NCBI GenBank assembly: GCA_030704615.1
Contig: CM060733.1
Location: 75,206,001-75,270,000, forward strand
From: Takakia lepidozioides
Lineage: Eukaryota > Plantae > Bryophyta
Direction: 5' to 3'
Length of the DNA: 64,000 bases
The notes beneath the pieces are model-generated. The model saw nothing but the letters and a program-made list of their open reading frames with translations, searched no databases and was not told the DNA's origin. The stretch's first letter is position 1, and every line of letters starts with the position of its first letter. Of this stretch, positions 12,548 to 25,475 are shown one piece after another. The translations under genes and the position numbers were made by a program.

Positions 12548-15137
12548 CTACAACTTCTTAAATACACGACATACTCGCAAAATGGCCCTTCGAGGACCAC
12601 TTGCCATGAGCCCACGGATAGCAAGCGGTATGATTTGTTGCATGAGCACATGATAGTCACGTGATTTCATGCCAGACAATTTCTTCTTCACCACATGCTT
12701 TTTGAAAGCTGATGCGTAGCCTGTTGGCACTTTCAAGTTCTGCACAATCTCCAGAAAGACTTGTAACTCAGCCTCAGTGAGGAAATAAGGGGCAGGAGGC
12801 ATAATTAACGTATCTGCTCTGTCAGGATCACGTTGTAGCCACAATTCCGGGCGCATCCCAAGTAGCTCCAAATCACGGCGAACTTTCAATGTGTCTTTCT
12901 CACCAAAGATAGTTTTAATAATATTTTCAGCCAAGTTCTTCTCGCAATGCATTGCGTCAAACGTGTGGCGGATGAGGAGACCCTACAAAATGAACACATA
13001 AGCAATTGAGCATTTACTCATCACAAATTAAACAGAAAATGCAAAAATGTACACAACCAATTTAAAGGCCATGAAGGAATTACCTCCCAATAAGGTAAGA
13101 CATATAAAATTGATAATCGCTTAACTCCATGAGTTTTTACTGGGTCTGTCCTGCTATCTGGCGTCCCTCCGTTTTCCACCCATGCAGTGCGAGCTGTTGC
13201 AAGCTCCTTGATTTGTGTTCCAGTCTGCGTTTTTGGAGGAGTTCCATGCTCAGTAGCGCCATTGAACATTCTTGACCTTCTATATGGATGATTGCGGGCC
13301 AAAAATCTTCGGTTTTTCCACATGTGTGTAACTGTTGTGAAGTCACCCCGGGTCCATAAGCTGGACAACCAACATAACCTTTCGTCACTTGACCTGAGAG
13401 CAAGCCATATGCAGGGTAGTCATGGATTGACCACATCAATACTGCCCTCAGTGTGAATTCGTGTTGACCACGAGGACGGGAAACATCATGAGCTGCAATC
13501 CCTCTCCATAGTTCCAGTAGCTCTTCCACTAGGGGCATCAGGTAAACATCTACGTTGTCCGAGGTAACAGACTCCTTACCAGGAATCAGTAGCGCTAACA
13601 TGACAAAGAACTTTTTGGTCATTAACCACGGAGGCAGATTGTAATTGACCAAGAGAACGGGCCATGGGCTCCAACTTGTGGATTGAACTCCGTAGGGATT
13701 TACACCGTCTAAGGCCAATCCAAATCGCAGAGATCGTGGCTCTGTAGCAAAATCCTCAAATGTGGTGTCAATGTGTATCCATGCTTTGCTATCAGCTGGA
13801 TGTCGAACCAACCCATCCTGGCTCTTATGTCTGTCGTGCCATGTCATGAGGTTAGCGATCGATTTACATCGGTACATACGTTTCAACCTTGGAATGACAG
13901 GGAAGTGTCGCAATACTTTATTGGGCAGACTTCCACGACCCGGAATGTAACGGGAACTGCGACACACTGGGCAAATGTCTACATTCTCATAACCCCCATG
14001 GAAGAGTGAACAACCACGCTCACAGGCATGAATCGTGGTGTACTGCAATCCCATCTTGGCAATCATGGTTTTTGCTTCATAGTGAGTTTTCGGCAATGAA
14101 TTTTCTTTAGGCGAAAAACTCTTACGCAACAATCCCAGAAGCTCATCCACAAATGCATTGGTGCACTTGTGGGTAGTGCATGCGTTCAGCAACATCAAAG
14201 TTGCTTGCAGCCGGCTGATCGAGCACCCTTCAAAAAGTGGACATTGCGACTATCGGAAGAGTTTATCATACTCGGGATCAACGTGCAGGTGAGCATTCTC
14301 ATCAAATTCATTGTCTCCGGAATCGTTGAGGTCATCGTCATGATCGGCAAATGTGTGATCGGTTCCACCATGAATGGGGTCCTCTTTGTTTGCATCTGCA
14401 AAGAGAAACGCTTCCTGCAATGCACGCTGGATTTCTACCTCCAATCCACCACTCTCATCTGCGTTCTCTGTGACATTGGGCTCCCGCTGTGTCGCAGGGC
14501 CTTCGTCTTCATCATCTGAATATTCACATCCCTGCATCCCAATAGTCATCTTGTGAGTGGACCAACAACGATGTGACACTTGTTCATATTATGACATAGG
14601 AGGCACGGAGACGTTGCAGTGATGCAGTCATATTTACATATGTATCTTATGAATATACACCCAATCAAAACACGACATTTGTAGCCATTGAAGTCATAGT
14701 TGCAGTCACTTAGTAGTCATATATGACTACATGACTACACATGACCAATGAAAACACGACATGTGCATTAATTAAAGTGATAACGGAAGTGACGTAGTCA
14801 TAGTCACGTCTGTATCTTATGACTTCTTGACTACAATCACCCAACGAAATGTTGATATGTGGAGAAGAGGATTGTTGCATTCAAAATTCAAACTAAAGTG
14901 CTGAAGGGAAAGTGACGATCGTACCGGAAGAGAACAGCGTCGGAGAAGAGGATCCCTCCCGTGTATCATGTAGTGATTCCTCACTGTTTCCAACAACAGT
15001 ACTTTTCCTCCATGACACTCATCGCAGTTGCATAGCATTTTTGTATGCCCATTCCTTGTGGCATAAGCTTCTTCCATTCGCCATAGACGGTCATCTATTC
15101 TACGCCTACGCATCCGGTCGCCACCTACACTGTACAT
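12548..15137 (-). CDS. CACTA/EnSpm transposase (TnpD/Tnp2-like), multi-exon, frameshifted and 3'-truncated
   Basis: N-terminal LCNCDEC...VRNHYMIHG. Core IHACERGC, VLRHFPVIPRLKR, HPADSKAW, LALDGVNP, YNLPPW, HDYPAY. Later MHCEKN, LKVPTGYAS, GMKSRDYHVLMQQIIPLA. Confidence 0.9.
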
Positions 15138-15262
15138 GCTTTGAACGTCACCCCTTCCCTCTTTGCATGCTACGCACAGTGCATTGTCTCTTGTTTTGCA
15201 CCAGCTACCAATGTGCTATTTCTATATCTATAGTATACTATAAGTATCGTTTCTGAGTGTCC

Positions 15263-15797
15263 ATGGTGAAGCAGAAGGTCTTCGAAGTGACAGTCCCTCT
15301 CACTGAGTACGAGAAGTTCCGAGAGCGCCGGATTGCTGCCATAAAGGAGGTGGAAGCAACGTTCAAGCAGTCGATAGATGGGTGAGTTTAGTTCCTGACT
15401 TTGGTTACCCACCCACTAAACTTGCGATTCACCTTATCCTCTAACCTTCCTACAGCAATCATAAGAAGGTGTGTCATTAGGCAGGAGATGTCCGCCGTCA
15501 TTCGTGGGCAGCCATTACATCCTGGTAGGGTGCGGCTGTGGTTCATCGTAGGCTTAAGAGTATTAGGGTATGTATGCTTGCATTTGTTTGTGATTGTTTG
15601 AGAGGGAGGTCATGAAGGTGTTTGTGCAGGCTTGCGGGAGCGAATCGCCCTCGCAAGCCACGCGCTCCGAAGGAAAAAGCTAGGGATCAAGGTCCTGCAA
15701 GGCAAAGTGCCAGACTGAAGACGATGAAGACTACGATTCTGCATGAGGGCTCTTCTGAGGACGATGAGGACGATGAGGACGATCCACTCCTCCCATG
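15263..15797 (+). CDS. 5' exons of a probable CACTA second ORF, divergent from the transposase and interrupted by element A
   Basis: MVKQKVFEVTVPLTEYEKFRERRIAAIKE (YE..R..RI motif common in CACTA ORF2 N-termini), GT donor at about 15382, basic/acidic exon at 15630-15797. Confidence 0.4.
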
Positions 15798-16627
15798 GAG
15801 GTTTACTATTTCATGAGCAGAAACCATGAGCCATGAGCCATGAGCCGCATGAGCCGCATGAGCGGTGAGCCGAAGTCTAAGACACGCGGATTTCATGAAC
15901 GGACTCCTCCAAATTTGGAAATGCGGCAGATTAAACAAGTATTAAAATAATAGTTTTTAATTTGACCTTGCCGTTTTTGGAAGTTCCAGATCGTGTAATG
16001 CGGCGAAGATATGTTGTCAGTAACAACTCCGCTCATGGTTTTTTAGATCCGCTCATGGAAATGAGTAACCGTGCAACGAGAAATCCAGTATACCACGGTA
16101 AAAGGACGTCGCATACTGGCCTGTATAGAGTATTCCGCGGTTTTACATGCCTTAACATTGGAATGAAGCTGACCCTTTTGTTGCAATTGAACCAATAGAG
16201 TCTGCACAATTCTGTCATCTTCGAGTATTCGGTGGGAAAGGTTTGCGACTCAACTAGGAAATGCGGTGCCGCATTAGGGTTCGTACGTGCGAAATTTCTG
16301 GGCGGTTTGGTGTTGGTGAAGGCCGCATCTACCAGTACCTACGACGTTACTTGGAAATGCGGTGCCGCATATCCTTGCCGGGGGTCGAATGAGGAAAGCA
16401 AAGTTTGGGAGAGCAGAAAAACAGGAACCCTCCAACACACAAAAATACATGCACGTGGAAACACGAGTGAATGACATAGTATTATCTTAGTTCGAGCAAA
16501 ACAGGTTACTGGTAGGCAAGACATAAGTCGGACCTTTCTATGGCCAGAGTCAGAGCTACTTGCAGCAGTACAGTTCTACTATCCGAAAAGGATGGGCGTA
16601 CCATATTGTTGGGACCGCAAGCCAAGC

Positions 16628-16920
16628 TCACTGGTCCCCTGGATCCATATTCAAAAGAGTGTGCACCTCTTGGGGGCTCAACCCTGGTACATGTATGAAG
16701 TGATGAGTTGTGGAATTACACCGGAGTCTCTTTAGGTACATGTAGTACAGATGCTTGCAAGGGTAGTATGATGCCCCCTTGTTTGCCATGATCTGGAAGT
16801 CGGTGCAATTGCAAGTGGGTAATTCTGAAATGGTGATGGTGTACACCTCATTGCGAACAGCTGAGCCTGCCGTGGCCATCTGATACACACGCCCGAAGCC
16901 TGGTGGGGGCACTTGTGCGG
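16628..16920 (-). pseudogene. SWIM zinc-finger C-terminus of the element A transposase
   Basis: YTITISELPTCNCTDF...PCKHLYY (CxC...CxH), homologous to 37443-37850. Confidence 0.8.
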
Positions 16921-18640
16921 ATGTGCGGAATCACATCGTATCTTGCAAGCAGGAATTCGGCCGGGGGTCGGACATGCACTCAATCCTGGAGGTGAAACGA
17001 ATGACTGGATATGACTACATCCAAGGTAGCAGGTTTCCAGGGCAAGGCAGCGAATCCGATCGTTGTTACATTTTTAAAATGTCGACGTGTAGGCCTGGGA
17101 GTGGAGTCGACTTGGTCACTCGCATGACAACTGGAAACTTGTCGAATGCTTGGGTGATGTTTGATCACATCAAGCGAATTACAAACCATCAGTGGGTGAC
17201 TATGGGTGCGCATGTTTATGACTATCACTCCAAGAGGCTCATGACGATTGCAATCTGCGAGATGAAAGGGGAGGACACACAGTCCGAGATGCATCTGTGG
17301 GAGGGCATAAACGAGCAGATGGCAAGGGCGGGATTGCCAGAGCCCAATTTCAGGGGATTCATGGCAAACAACGCTTAGGCCAACTGGGCAGCGGTGCGGC
17401 GTGTGTACGGTGAGGACCCCAATGTTCCAATGGAGGGGAAGGAGAGATCCTGTGGATTCCATTGGATGCAGAGTCTATCTCACTACACTACCAAATTTGT
17501 TGCTAGCTCATTCCAGGCTGAACACCGTGTCCTTTGTATGGCGTGGAAGGATGCACCCACATTTGATGACGCGGAGGTTAAGTTTGCTATCATCGAGGCT
17601 TGGTGGAACACGTCAGGTGTAGTGGAGACAACCAATCTGGGAGCCTTGCACAGCTGGTTGGGGTGGTGGCATTTCCGGTATCGACAGTTCGGACAGTACA
17701 TGCGGGAGGTATGATGTTGTGATTTTCGTGCAATTGTCTTTCTATTACGAACCTTTCCATTGGTCCCTCACCATTGTTTGTGTCCTTGTAGGAGCGGTGC
17801 TTGGATTCCGACACGGACATGCCAAACACGAATATGGCAGAATCAGTGCACTCCTCCTGGCGAGCGTCTTCTGCCGCACATCTGGTGGACGTAGTGACGG
17901 CCACAACGGAGGACATCGACAGAGCAATCATGCAGCAAGCCACGTACTACAAGTTCCTGAGCGGCAAACAATGGGGCTTTGGGCCGGACAGGGAGGAATT
18001 GTTGGTACGAACAGCTTCGAGGTCGAAGAATCCACTGAAATGGGTGACAGCATTGCGAGAGAAGATCAAAGGGACGCCTCTGCACCGCAGAGGTGAGCAC
18101 CTAGAGGGGGATGTCCGTACTCGCCCTGTGAGGCGGAGGATTGAAGATGAACCCGGGTGCGAAGAGGATTCCTGGAGATCCGACAGGAACATTCAAACAA
18201 CACCTCGAGGGCCCGTCATGTTGCCGCACAATGTGTCTTCCAGCAGTGGAAGCCCAAGAAATTCCAGATCGCCATTGCCTTCAAGCGGGGATTCCGTGCG
18301 AGAAATTCCCACCGCTCGCTTGCCCCAGATTCCGCCCGCTGTTATGCAGTATGGCCAAGCCATTGTGGAGACGACTGTGTCTGCGTCACAGTGGAGAATT
18401 GCTTGCACAAAGCCGTCGTTTCGAGGCAGGTGTTCCGCAATTCGAGTGGATACATGACAACGTTGTTTAGAGATGATAAGGAGGAATCCAGATGGGGCTG
18501 TCCCTGCTCCTACTTTTACAGGAAGATTTGTCCATGCAAAGTTTGCGGAGGCAACAACCACCCAGTTTTGGTTCTGCAGGCACGACATTATGACTTGCGT
18601 GTATGGAAAGCCCAAGTACGGCATACAAACAATGCCAGTC
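16921..18640 (+). pseudogene. MULE DDE transposase core of element A, inverted relative to its SWIM tail and lacking the N-terminus
   Basis: WVMFDHIKR, FRGFMA(N)NA, CGFHW (CxxH), TNMAESVH. Intron at about 17709-17791. In-frame stops. Confidence 0.8.
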
Positions 18641-18649
18641 CGTGGAGCT

Positions 18650-21600
18650 AGCTGCAGCATGCACACCCAGCCAATCCACGAGCACGGGTCTTCCTGTCGG
18701 GCCTAGCCCTGTGCGTTTCAAGGACGCGGCTTCAAAGGGCAAGTCTTTGCAGTTCAAAGCCCCAGAGAGCGACTCGCGTTTAAAGGTCATGGAGAATCGC
18801 CAGCAGGGGTCGGGCCCTTCTCCAGCAAAGACGAAGAAGAAGCAGCCCGTCCTTCAACTTGTTTCTGAACCGGACCAGGCCGTTTCCCCCCCACCTAGGC
18901 GAATGAAGCAGATTCAATTGCAGTAGACACCTTCACCTGCAAGAATGAGGAAGCACAAGGCAATCAGGGGGAGGGCGGAGCAGTCTCCCGCAAAACCGAT
19001 TCCACGAGCTGAAGCCCAGTTCCTGCTTGATTTCCAGCCTGGTGATGTTGGGGGCGTCTCTGCTGTAGCGAAGGCAATGGGATCAACCGATTTCGTCGAT
19101 CTGGTACCGGAGGAGGGTGCTGCCGCTCAACGTTCGCAGCAAGACCTGACCACCGTTGAGGAAGATCTTCAGAATACTGCAGGCCCGGTGGAGGCCTCTG
19201 TAATTGCCGAATTGCCCGCAAAGATTCCCCAGAGTGCAGCTCCAGTTGGGGATGCTCCAGCTGCTTGGCCCCTACCGCCACCTGCAGAAATGTCTCCGGA
19301 GGAATTCCAAAGTGTAGCGGATACAATGTTGGAGGAGACACACAGTAGCATTGGCAGAGTTCTGGGCAGCAGGGTATTCCAGTGGACTCTTCGAATCCCA
19401 CTCTGTTGCATGGTCTCCCTTCCCATCGTCAGGCAGGCACTTCCCGGAGATGTGGATAAGCTCAAGTTCGCATTTCGAGAAGGGTACCGTCTAGGTTCGC
19501 CAGCCTTCTACGTTTCCCTTGAGAATGAGGACGGTGAATCTCGTGGACCCACTGCGGATGAATTGTCAACCTGGGATACCCACTGGCACACTCGCAACGA
19601 CAGGGTGATCCAGACTTCGGCCATATGTCGGGTAAAATGTTCTTTGTGTGGGACGAGAATCACCGACTTCTTGCCTGGTGGGAGTACATCAAGCAGAACC
19701 ATGCCAAGCACATTGGCTGGCATAACATGGTGGAGTGTGTCATCCTCAAGGTGAAGGCGGCAGACTCCTCCCTGCTCAAGAATGCCATGGCGGACCTCAA
19801 CTCGTAAGATACTCATACCCTCCCAAGCACGTTTGAAATGCGGTGCCGCATTTCGGTTTCCAATCTGTTTTGTTTCCGTGCTTCCGTGGACTGAACTGGA
19901 GAGTGTGCCTTGCAGGGTCACTGAAAATGCGTACGTGCATACCCACATGGCACATATGCTGTACAGGGTGAGGAAAATTGGTCTCACTGATCCGCACATG
20001 TTTGCGGAAATGCTAGAGCCCGAGCTCATTCAGAAAGCCGTGGCAAAAACTGACCGGACATGGTATCGTCTCACTATGGATGGAATGGTGGAGGTGATAT
20101 ACGAAGTAAGTCATCCTCCCATTTCTCTCTGCTCATCCTTCCCCAATTTTCAGTAATCTTTCCACATGAAATCGAATGTAACGCTTCTGCATGTTTTTGT
20201 TGGCAGTCAAACATCAAGCTGGATTTGGCCCATGCCAAACGCTTCTTCATGGAAAGTGAGGGGCAGGTCAAAACATTGCAGTCATTGACTGAGCACTTGA
20301 AGGAAGCCAGGGTCAAGTCCAGAACAAAATACAAGTCAAAGCTTGTGGAGCTGGTGGCCATTGCAGATCCGGCATTTGGAAAGGACTTCATCCCCGAGAT
20401 TGCAAAACACTATTCTTGGGCCATGCAGCCAACCATGCAGTTGGAGAAACTGCATCACCTCTCAACGGCATGTGTTGAGGCGAAAGAGAAGGTGAGGTTT
20501 CAATGCACTGAAGTTCCTTTCCAGCAATAGCCACTCTTCTTCTTGCTCCTGACATTGGATCGAAAATGGCAGACGCGGTGGCTGTCGATCTGGAATGCAT
20601 CGGAGAGTATAAGGACAATGTGGTCTTTTCCACTTGAAGTTTCCGACCCTGCAGTGGATGTGTGGCTCAACCGCATGACTTGGTGGTTCCAGGTAATTCA
20701 AGGTACTTCCCCAGATTTGCTTTTCTGAAATGAATTCCCTGAACTGCTACGTGACAATGCATGTGGGAATTGCAGGTAATGACGAATGCGAAGGAGCAAG
20801 TCGTAATGCATACAAATTTGTTTGGCTTGTACGTCAAATGGGATAGAATACAGACATTGGAAGACTACGTCACACGTTTCAGATGTGCGTACAAGGACAA
20901 CCTCTTCGCCAGGGAGCTGCAGACAGCAAGAAGGAGCGTGGAGTTTACACATCACGAGGGAGCTGGAAAAGCTGCAATGCGAATTGTTTACAGGTGAAGC
21001 CCAGCTGTCCTTGTATGCAAAGCCTGGTTATGAGGTTTGTCTGGGAAATGCGGCACCGCATTCGCATTTTAAGTTTTCGGTTGCACTCTGCGAGTACGTT
21101 GGTTTCAACTTTTGCTCAAGCATGCTGACTGCCCTGCAGGTATATGAAATACGTGCTTCTTCAGACAGGGGCCCTGGCTCAAGAGCCCCCGTTCTTCATG
21201 GCTTGGACCATGGCGGGCCCAAGCTATGTCTACACACCCGAGATGCAGAAACAATGGCATGCCGCGCATCTCGTTGGATGCCTGTGGTACCTGGACATGT
21301 GTGGCGGAATTGTTGACGAGTCCGAGAAAGATCTGCACGCAAAAGCAGAAGAGAAGAGAAAGGAAAGACGTGTCCCTGCTGGGCCAGAGTCGGCAAAGGA
21401 AGCTGCTGCTCTGGAACAATCCAGAAAGGCAGCTGAGATGGCACAGAAGACGGTGGATGCAGCTGTGCAGGCTCAACAGAAGGGGTCAAAGAAGAGGACT
21501 CGCCAGCAAGGAGCAGCAGTTGTGACACCCAAGAAAACGAAGAAGCAGAAACAAATAGTGCAGAAAGAGGGTGACGAAGAGGACTCCAATGGAGACTTTG

Positions 21601-23398
21601 CAACCAGCCCACCCCCCGAAATGTAGCCGAAATCCCCTGTGCCCACCGTTGTCACGAGAGGGACGAGAACAGGCTCGGCAAAGAAGGCACTCTTCAACCC
21701 CCCGGGGGGGCACCCTTTCGAGCCGGTGGAAATGAAGAGGCCGAAAGTGGATCCCGATACAGTAGTCCAGTGTGTAAATGAGAGTTTCTTGGCGGCTTTG
21801 GATGGACGGGCAGCCAAGTTGGCATTAATGAAGACCATGGAGGGTCTGAAGGGCAGAGCACTGAAGAAGGCGGCTGCCGAAGAGCCTTCCGACACCCCTG
21901 GGTTTCTGAAGATGGTCTCGTTCTTTGAGAGGGTGTGTGCAGACAAAGATTGCAGGAGGGGCGGAAATGCCACCGAGTGGTCTTGCGATATGATCATCTT
22001 GGATATTCCGGACGGAGAGCCTGTGGAAGGACTGCAAGCTTTGCCATCTTGGAACAAGTACTTCGAGGACTTTTGGAGGATTCGGGCTCGCCCACATGGT
22101 GTTGGACGACAGAGGCTGTGTGGTTGTCCTGGCGAGCAGAGGCAAAAACACGCAGACAAGAATTGCGAAGTGGACCCGCAGGAGGGCCATCCCAATTCTG
22201 AAGAAGAAGTGGACGTGCATCAACATATTGGGCCTTCGGAGTGAAGGGAAGGAGGTAATTACGACATTAGCACTCGTCCTTTCATTTTCTTAGGAGTTTT
22301 GAAATGCGGTGCCGCATTCGATTTCTAATCGTTCCCCACTGTGTATGTAGACAAAGCAGTTCGATGCATACTGCTTTGTGAAGGAGAACTCCATCTTTGC
22401 TTTCCCGAAGGAGGGATTGTTGGTTGACCCGAACTGCGACCCCATCGATTACGACGTCCTGCTCAACAACGTTCGCACGGAACTTCTCCCTCATAGCCTC
22501 ACTTCAACTGAACCCATGCGGTATTCACGGACTCGGAGCCCTGCCTTCATTCAGACAATTATGGAGACATGCACTGACGTGGAGGGCACAGTGCTCGACC
22601 TCGTCTGTGGGACAGGTATGCAAAATCTTGTTGTATGTTGTTCTGCAAATTCTCGTTATGCTTTAATTCGCAACATCTGAAGGGCCATGTCATAATGTGT
22701 GGATGACATTGTAACAAGTGCCTCAGTGTGGGCTGGGCGGTTTTCCGACCGGCACCTCTTTGCCTACGAGGAGGACACATCCGTCTGGGGATCCCATCTG
22801 GAAGGGCTGCAACGGAATGGGAAGGCTCCCATCAAAGCCAAAGACTCCTAGGATTCGTCGGAGTCGGAGGAAGGGACAGTGGACATTGATGCCGAGGAGA
22901 ACCCGGAATACGAGTGAGTGCAAACATTGTAAGTTTGCAAAGCCTTCTGGGTGATTTTTTGTCAAACGCATTTCCATACTGTGGTTCTCATTGGTCTCGT
23001 TGGTGATTGTTATGTGCAGGATTCCAGGATCCGGGTCGAAACATGTAGGGCCTACACTTCCTGCCAGGAAGAATGTCCCGTTCTTTGCGAGGGCCGACTT
23101 CATGACGAGCCCGGTGAAGGACTACTCCCTTCCTAGTTATGCAGCTAAACTCGCAAATACAGCGATTAGACGATGTGAGAATCCCAGTAAAGTAGAGCAG
23201 ATTTTGGAGAGGGCTAGGGAGGACAGAAGGATAAGGAAAGAGTTGGCAACAACTGAGACAGGTAGACGTGTGCGAAAGTTCATATGTGATTCAGCGGATG
23301 AGAGCGATGCAGACAGGGAGAACGACGAACCAACAAAGGTGAGATGGTCGGTTCCGCAAGGGGAAGATGGGATTTTCGAAAGCCTGGCCAACGAGTAG
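18650..23398 (+). CDS. ParB/Srx-like plus unknown domain plus beta-class DNA methyltransferase-like fusion gene (A copy, multi-exon, disrupted)
   Basis: VRQALPGDVDKLKFAF..GY, FFVWDENHRLLAW, CDMIILDIPDG, RSPAFIQTIMETCTDVEGTVLDLVCGTG, RHLFAYEED. GT-AG introns at positions shared with the B and D copies. Confidence 0.65.
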
Positions 23399-23619
23399 TC
23401 CACTGGAGATGAGAAAGGCAATGACGGGGTGGAGGCGGAGCAAGATAGTCAAGGACATGACGACGATAGTGATGATTTTCAAGATAAATAGAATTTTAAT
23501 GAACTCTCTGTACATTTAAATTCTCTTCCAGAGTATATAAAGGAAATTCTCCCTGTCCTTCATGTCCCCTCTCCCATGTGCTTCTCAACGACAACATCGT
23601 CCGAACCACGTCCCTCCCA

Positions 23620-24275
23620 AAATCGGAAATGCGGCACCGCATTTCCATGTTGGAACGGAAATGTGGCAACTGCAAAACCTCCTTTGGAAATGCGGCACCG
23701 CATTTCCAAAACCGGGGCAAGAACAATTTTCCGTTTCATGGTTTGGACATCAGAAACTGTTCGGCCGAACGGAAATGCGGTGCCGCATTTCCGTTCTCGA
23801 CACGGCAGTTTTGCCGATTGCCAGCTCCTTCCATGGAGGTAAATGGATATGCCACCGCATTCCATTGTCCAATACGAAATTTTGATGACGGACATGGAAA
23901 TGCAGTGCCGCATTTTCAGAACGGACATCGTTGTTTGTCCAATTCCAGACCCTTCGACGGAAATGCGGCACCGCATTCCATTGTGCTCTCCGGAAATGTG
24001 GTGCCGCATTCCATTGTCCGATACGAAATTTCGATGACAGACATGGAAATGCGGTGCCGCATTTCCAGTATGGACATGGACAAGCATTAGCGATTGGACA
24101 TGCTTGGACAATTCAAGGTCCAATATGGTGCCGCATTTCCAATTCGAAGTATGGTAATGCCATGTCAAGAAATGAAATGCGGTACAGCATTTCCGTTACG
24201 ACCACAACGGAGGAAAGGGAACTGCCAGAAATCGCTGCATGGAGAAAAATGAAATGCGGTGCCGAATTTCGGAGC
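23620..24275. repeat. Array of 20-bp palindromes GAAATGCGG(TG/CA)CCGCATTTC
   Basis: More than 10 copies with variable spacers. Single copies also at about 16258, 16353, 19835, 21045 and 22301. Confidence 0.9.
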
Positions 24276-24548
24276 TTCGGCACGTACATGTTTCCTTTTA
24301 CTCATACATGGATTTCCTTCACCTCAGGACTCTGCTATCGCTGACTTTGGTATATTCATATGGACAGACACATTGTAGAAATGAGACCACAAATTGTAAA
24401 CAGTGGGCCAATTACGGCAGTTCTTGAACACAATGAACACAAGCCACACAGAAGTGAGGTACGATGGTTGTTTTTTATTGATCGAACACGGTGTCTCACA
24501 TTTAGCAACTCCAGACAAATCTAAGCCCTTCCTCCTTCTACATGGGCA

Positions 24549-25394
24549 TCACCAAGTCGACGGAACTTCGATAGCCCTCAAAACAAGCTCATTACTGATG
24601 TGGCACCTTGAGGTAATCTGCAATGCAGTCGATCTGGTGCCCTTGGTGGAGCTGACGAAAATGTCATGCCTATCAATCATACCACCATCATACATTGACA
24701 AGGTCACTGTGGGCCTCATGTGCCCGTGCGATTCGTCTTCGCAACTCAGCCGAATGTCTCCATACACTGGAAGAGCGGAGTGAACTCCACGAATATAGTT
24801 TTCCCCGGTGCCGTCCTCCCTGGTCCACTGGTAGCAGTTCCAGCGCCAAAGCGAGGCCGTGCATGATCTGTCCGGCATCCCAACCCACCTTGGTATATCG
24901 AGGTCAACAATTTTCACGACCCACGGACCGCATTGACCCTCGCCCTCACCTTGCTCAAAGCGGTAATAGCCCTCCAAATACTCCATTGCGCACAAAGACT
25001 CCCGCTTGATTCCAGAAGCGTATGTGAAAACAGAGAGCTAGACAATGATGTCTCCTGATTCTGGTTTGAACATAGCATAATTGTGGCCATGATAAGGGCA
25101 GTCTGCAGGATTTCGACACGGCATCCTTGAAAAAAGAGTAGCGGAGTACGCTCAATGACAGCAACTCCCGGATGGAGGAGGCAGCAGCGCGGTGGCTGGA
25201 AGAAGTTCAAGCAAACGCTGCAATTCCTCACAAACACTCCAGGGCACATTTAAATTTCCCCCTTACAGGAACCTGCACGGATGAAGATTGGCTGCTCCAT
25301 GAATGTAGCCGTTTCAGTTTCCTTCCCTGCCATGCAAACTATGGGCAATAAGTGCCAAGTGGGCCTATAGCCCACTCGAGACAACGAAGTCCAT
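24549..25394 (-). CDS. Unknown cargo protein X (about 280 codons, disrupted), paralog of Y
   Basis: Conserved in copy C (60724-61560). C-terminal half aligns with gene Y. Confidence 0.55.
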
Positions 25395-25475
25395 CCCCCT
25401 TTCGATGTAAATGCGACGCCGAATTTCCATCCGGGGGATGGACTTCGGTGGCAGATTTCAAACTATACCCCGTGG

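Noticed and set aside
23620-24275. CRISPR-like appearance (palindromic repeats with variable spacers)
   Set aside because: Spacing is irregular, spacers are partly related to each other, there are no cas genes, and the context is a eukaryotic transposon.
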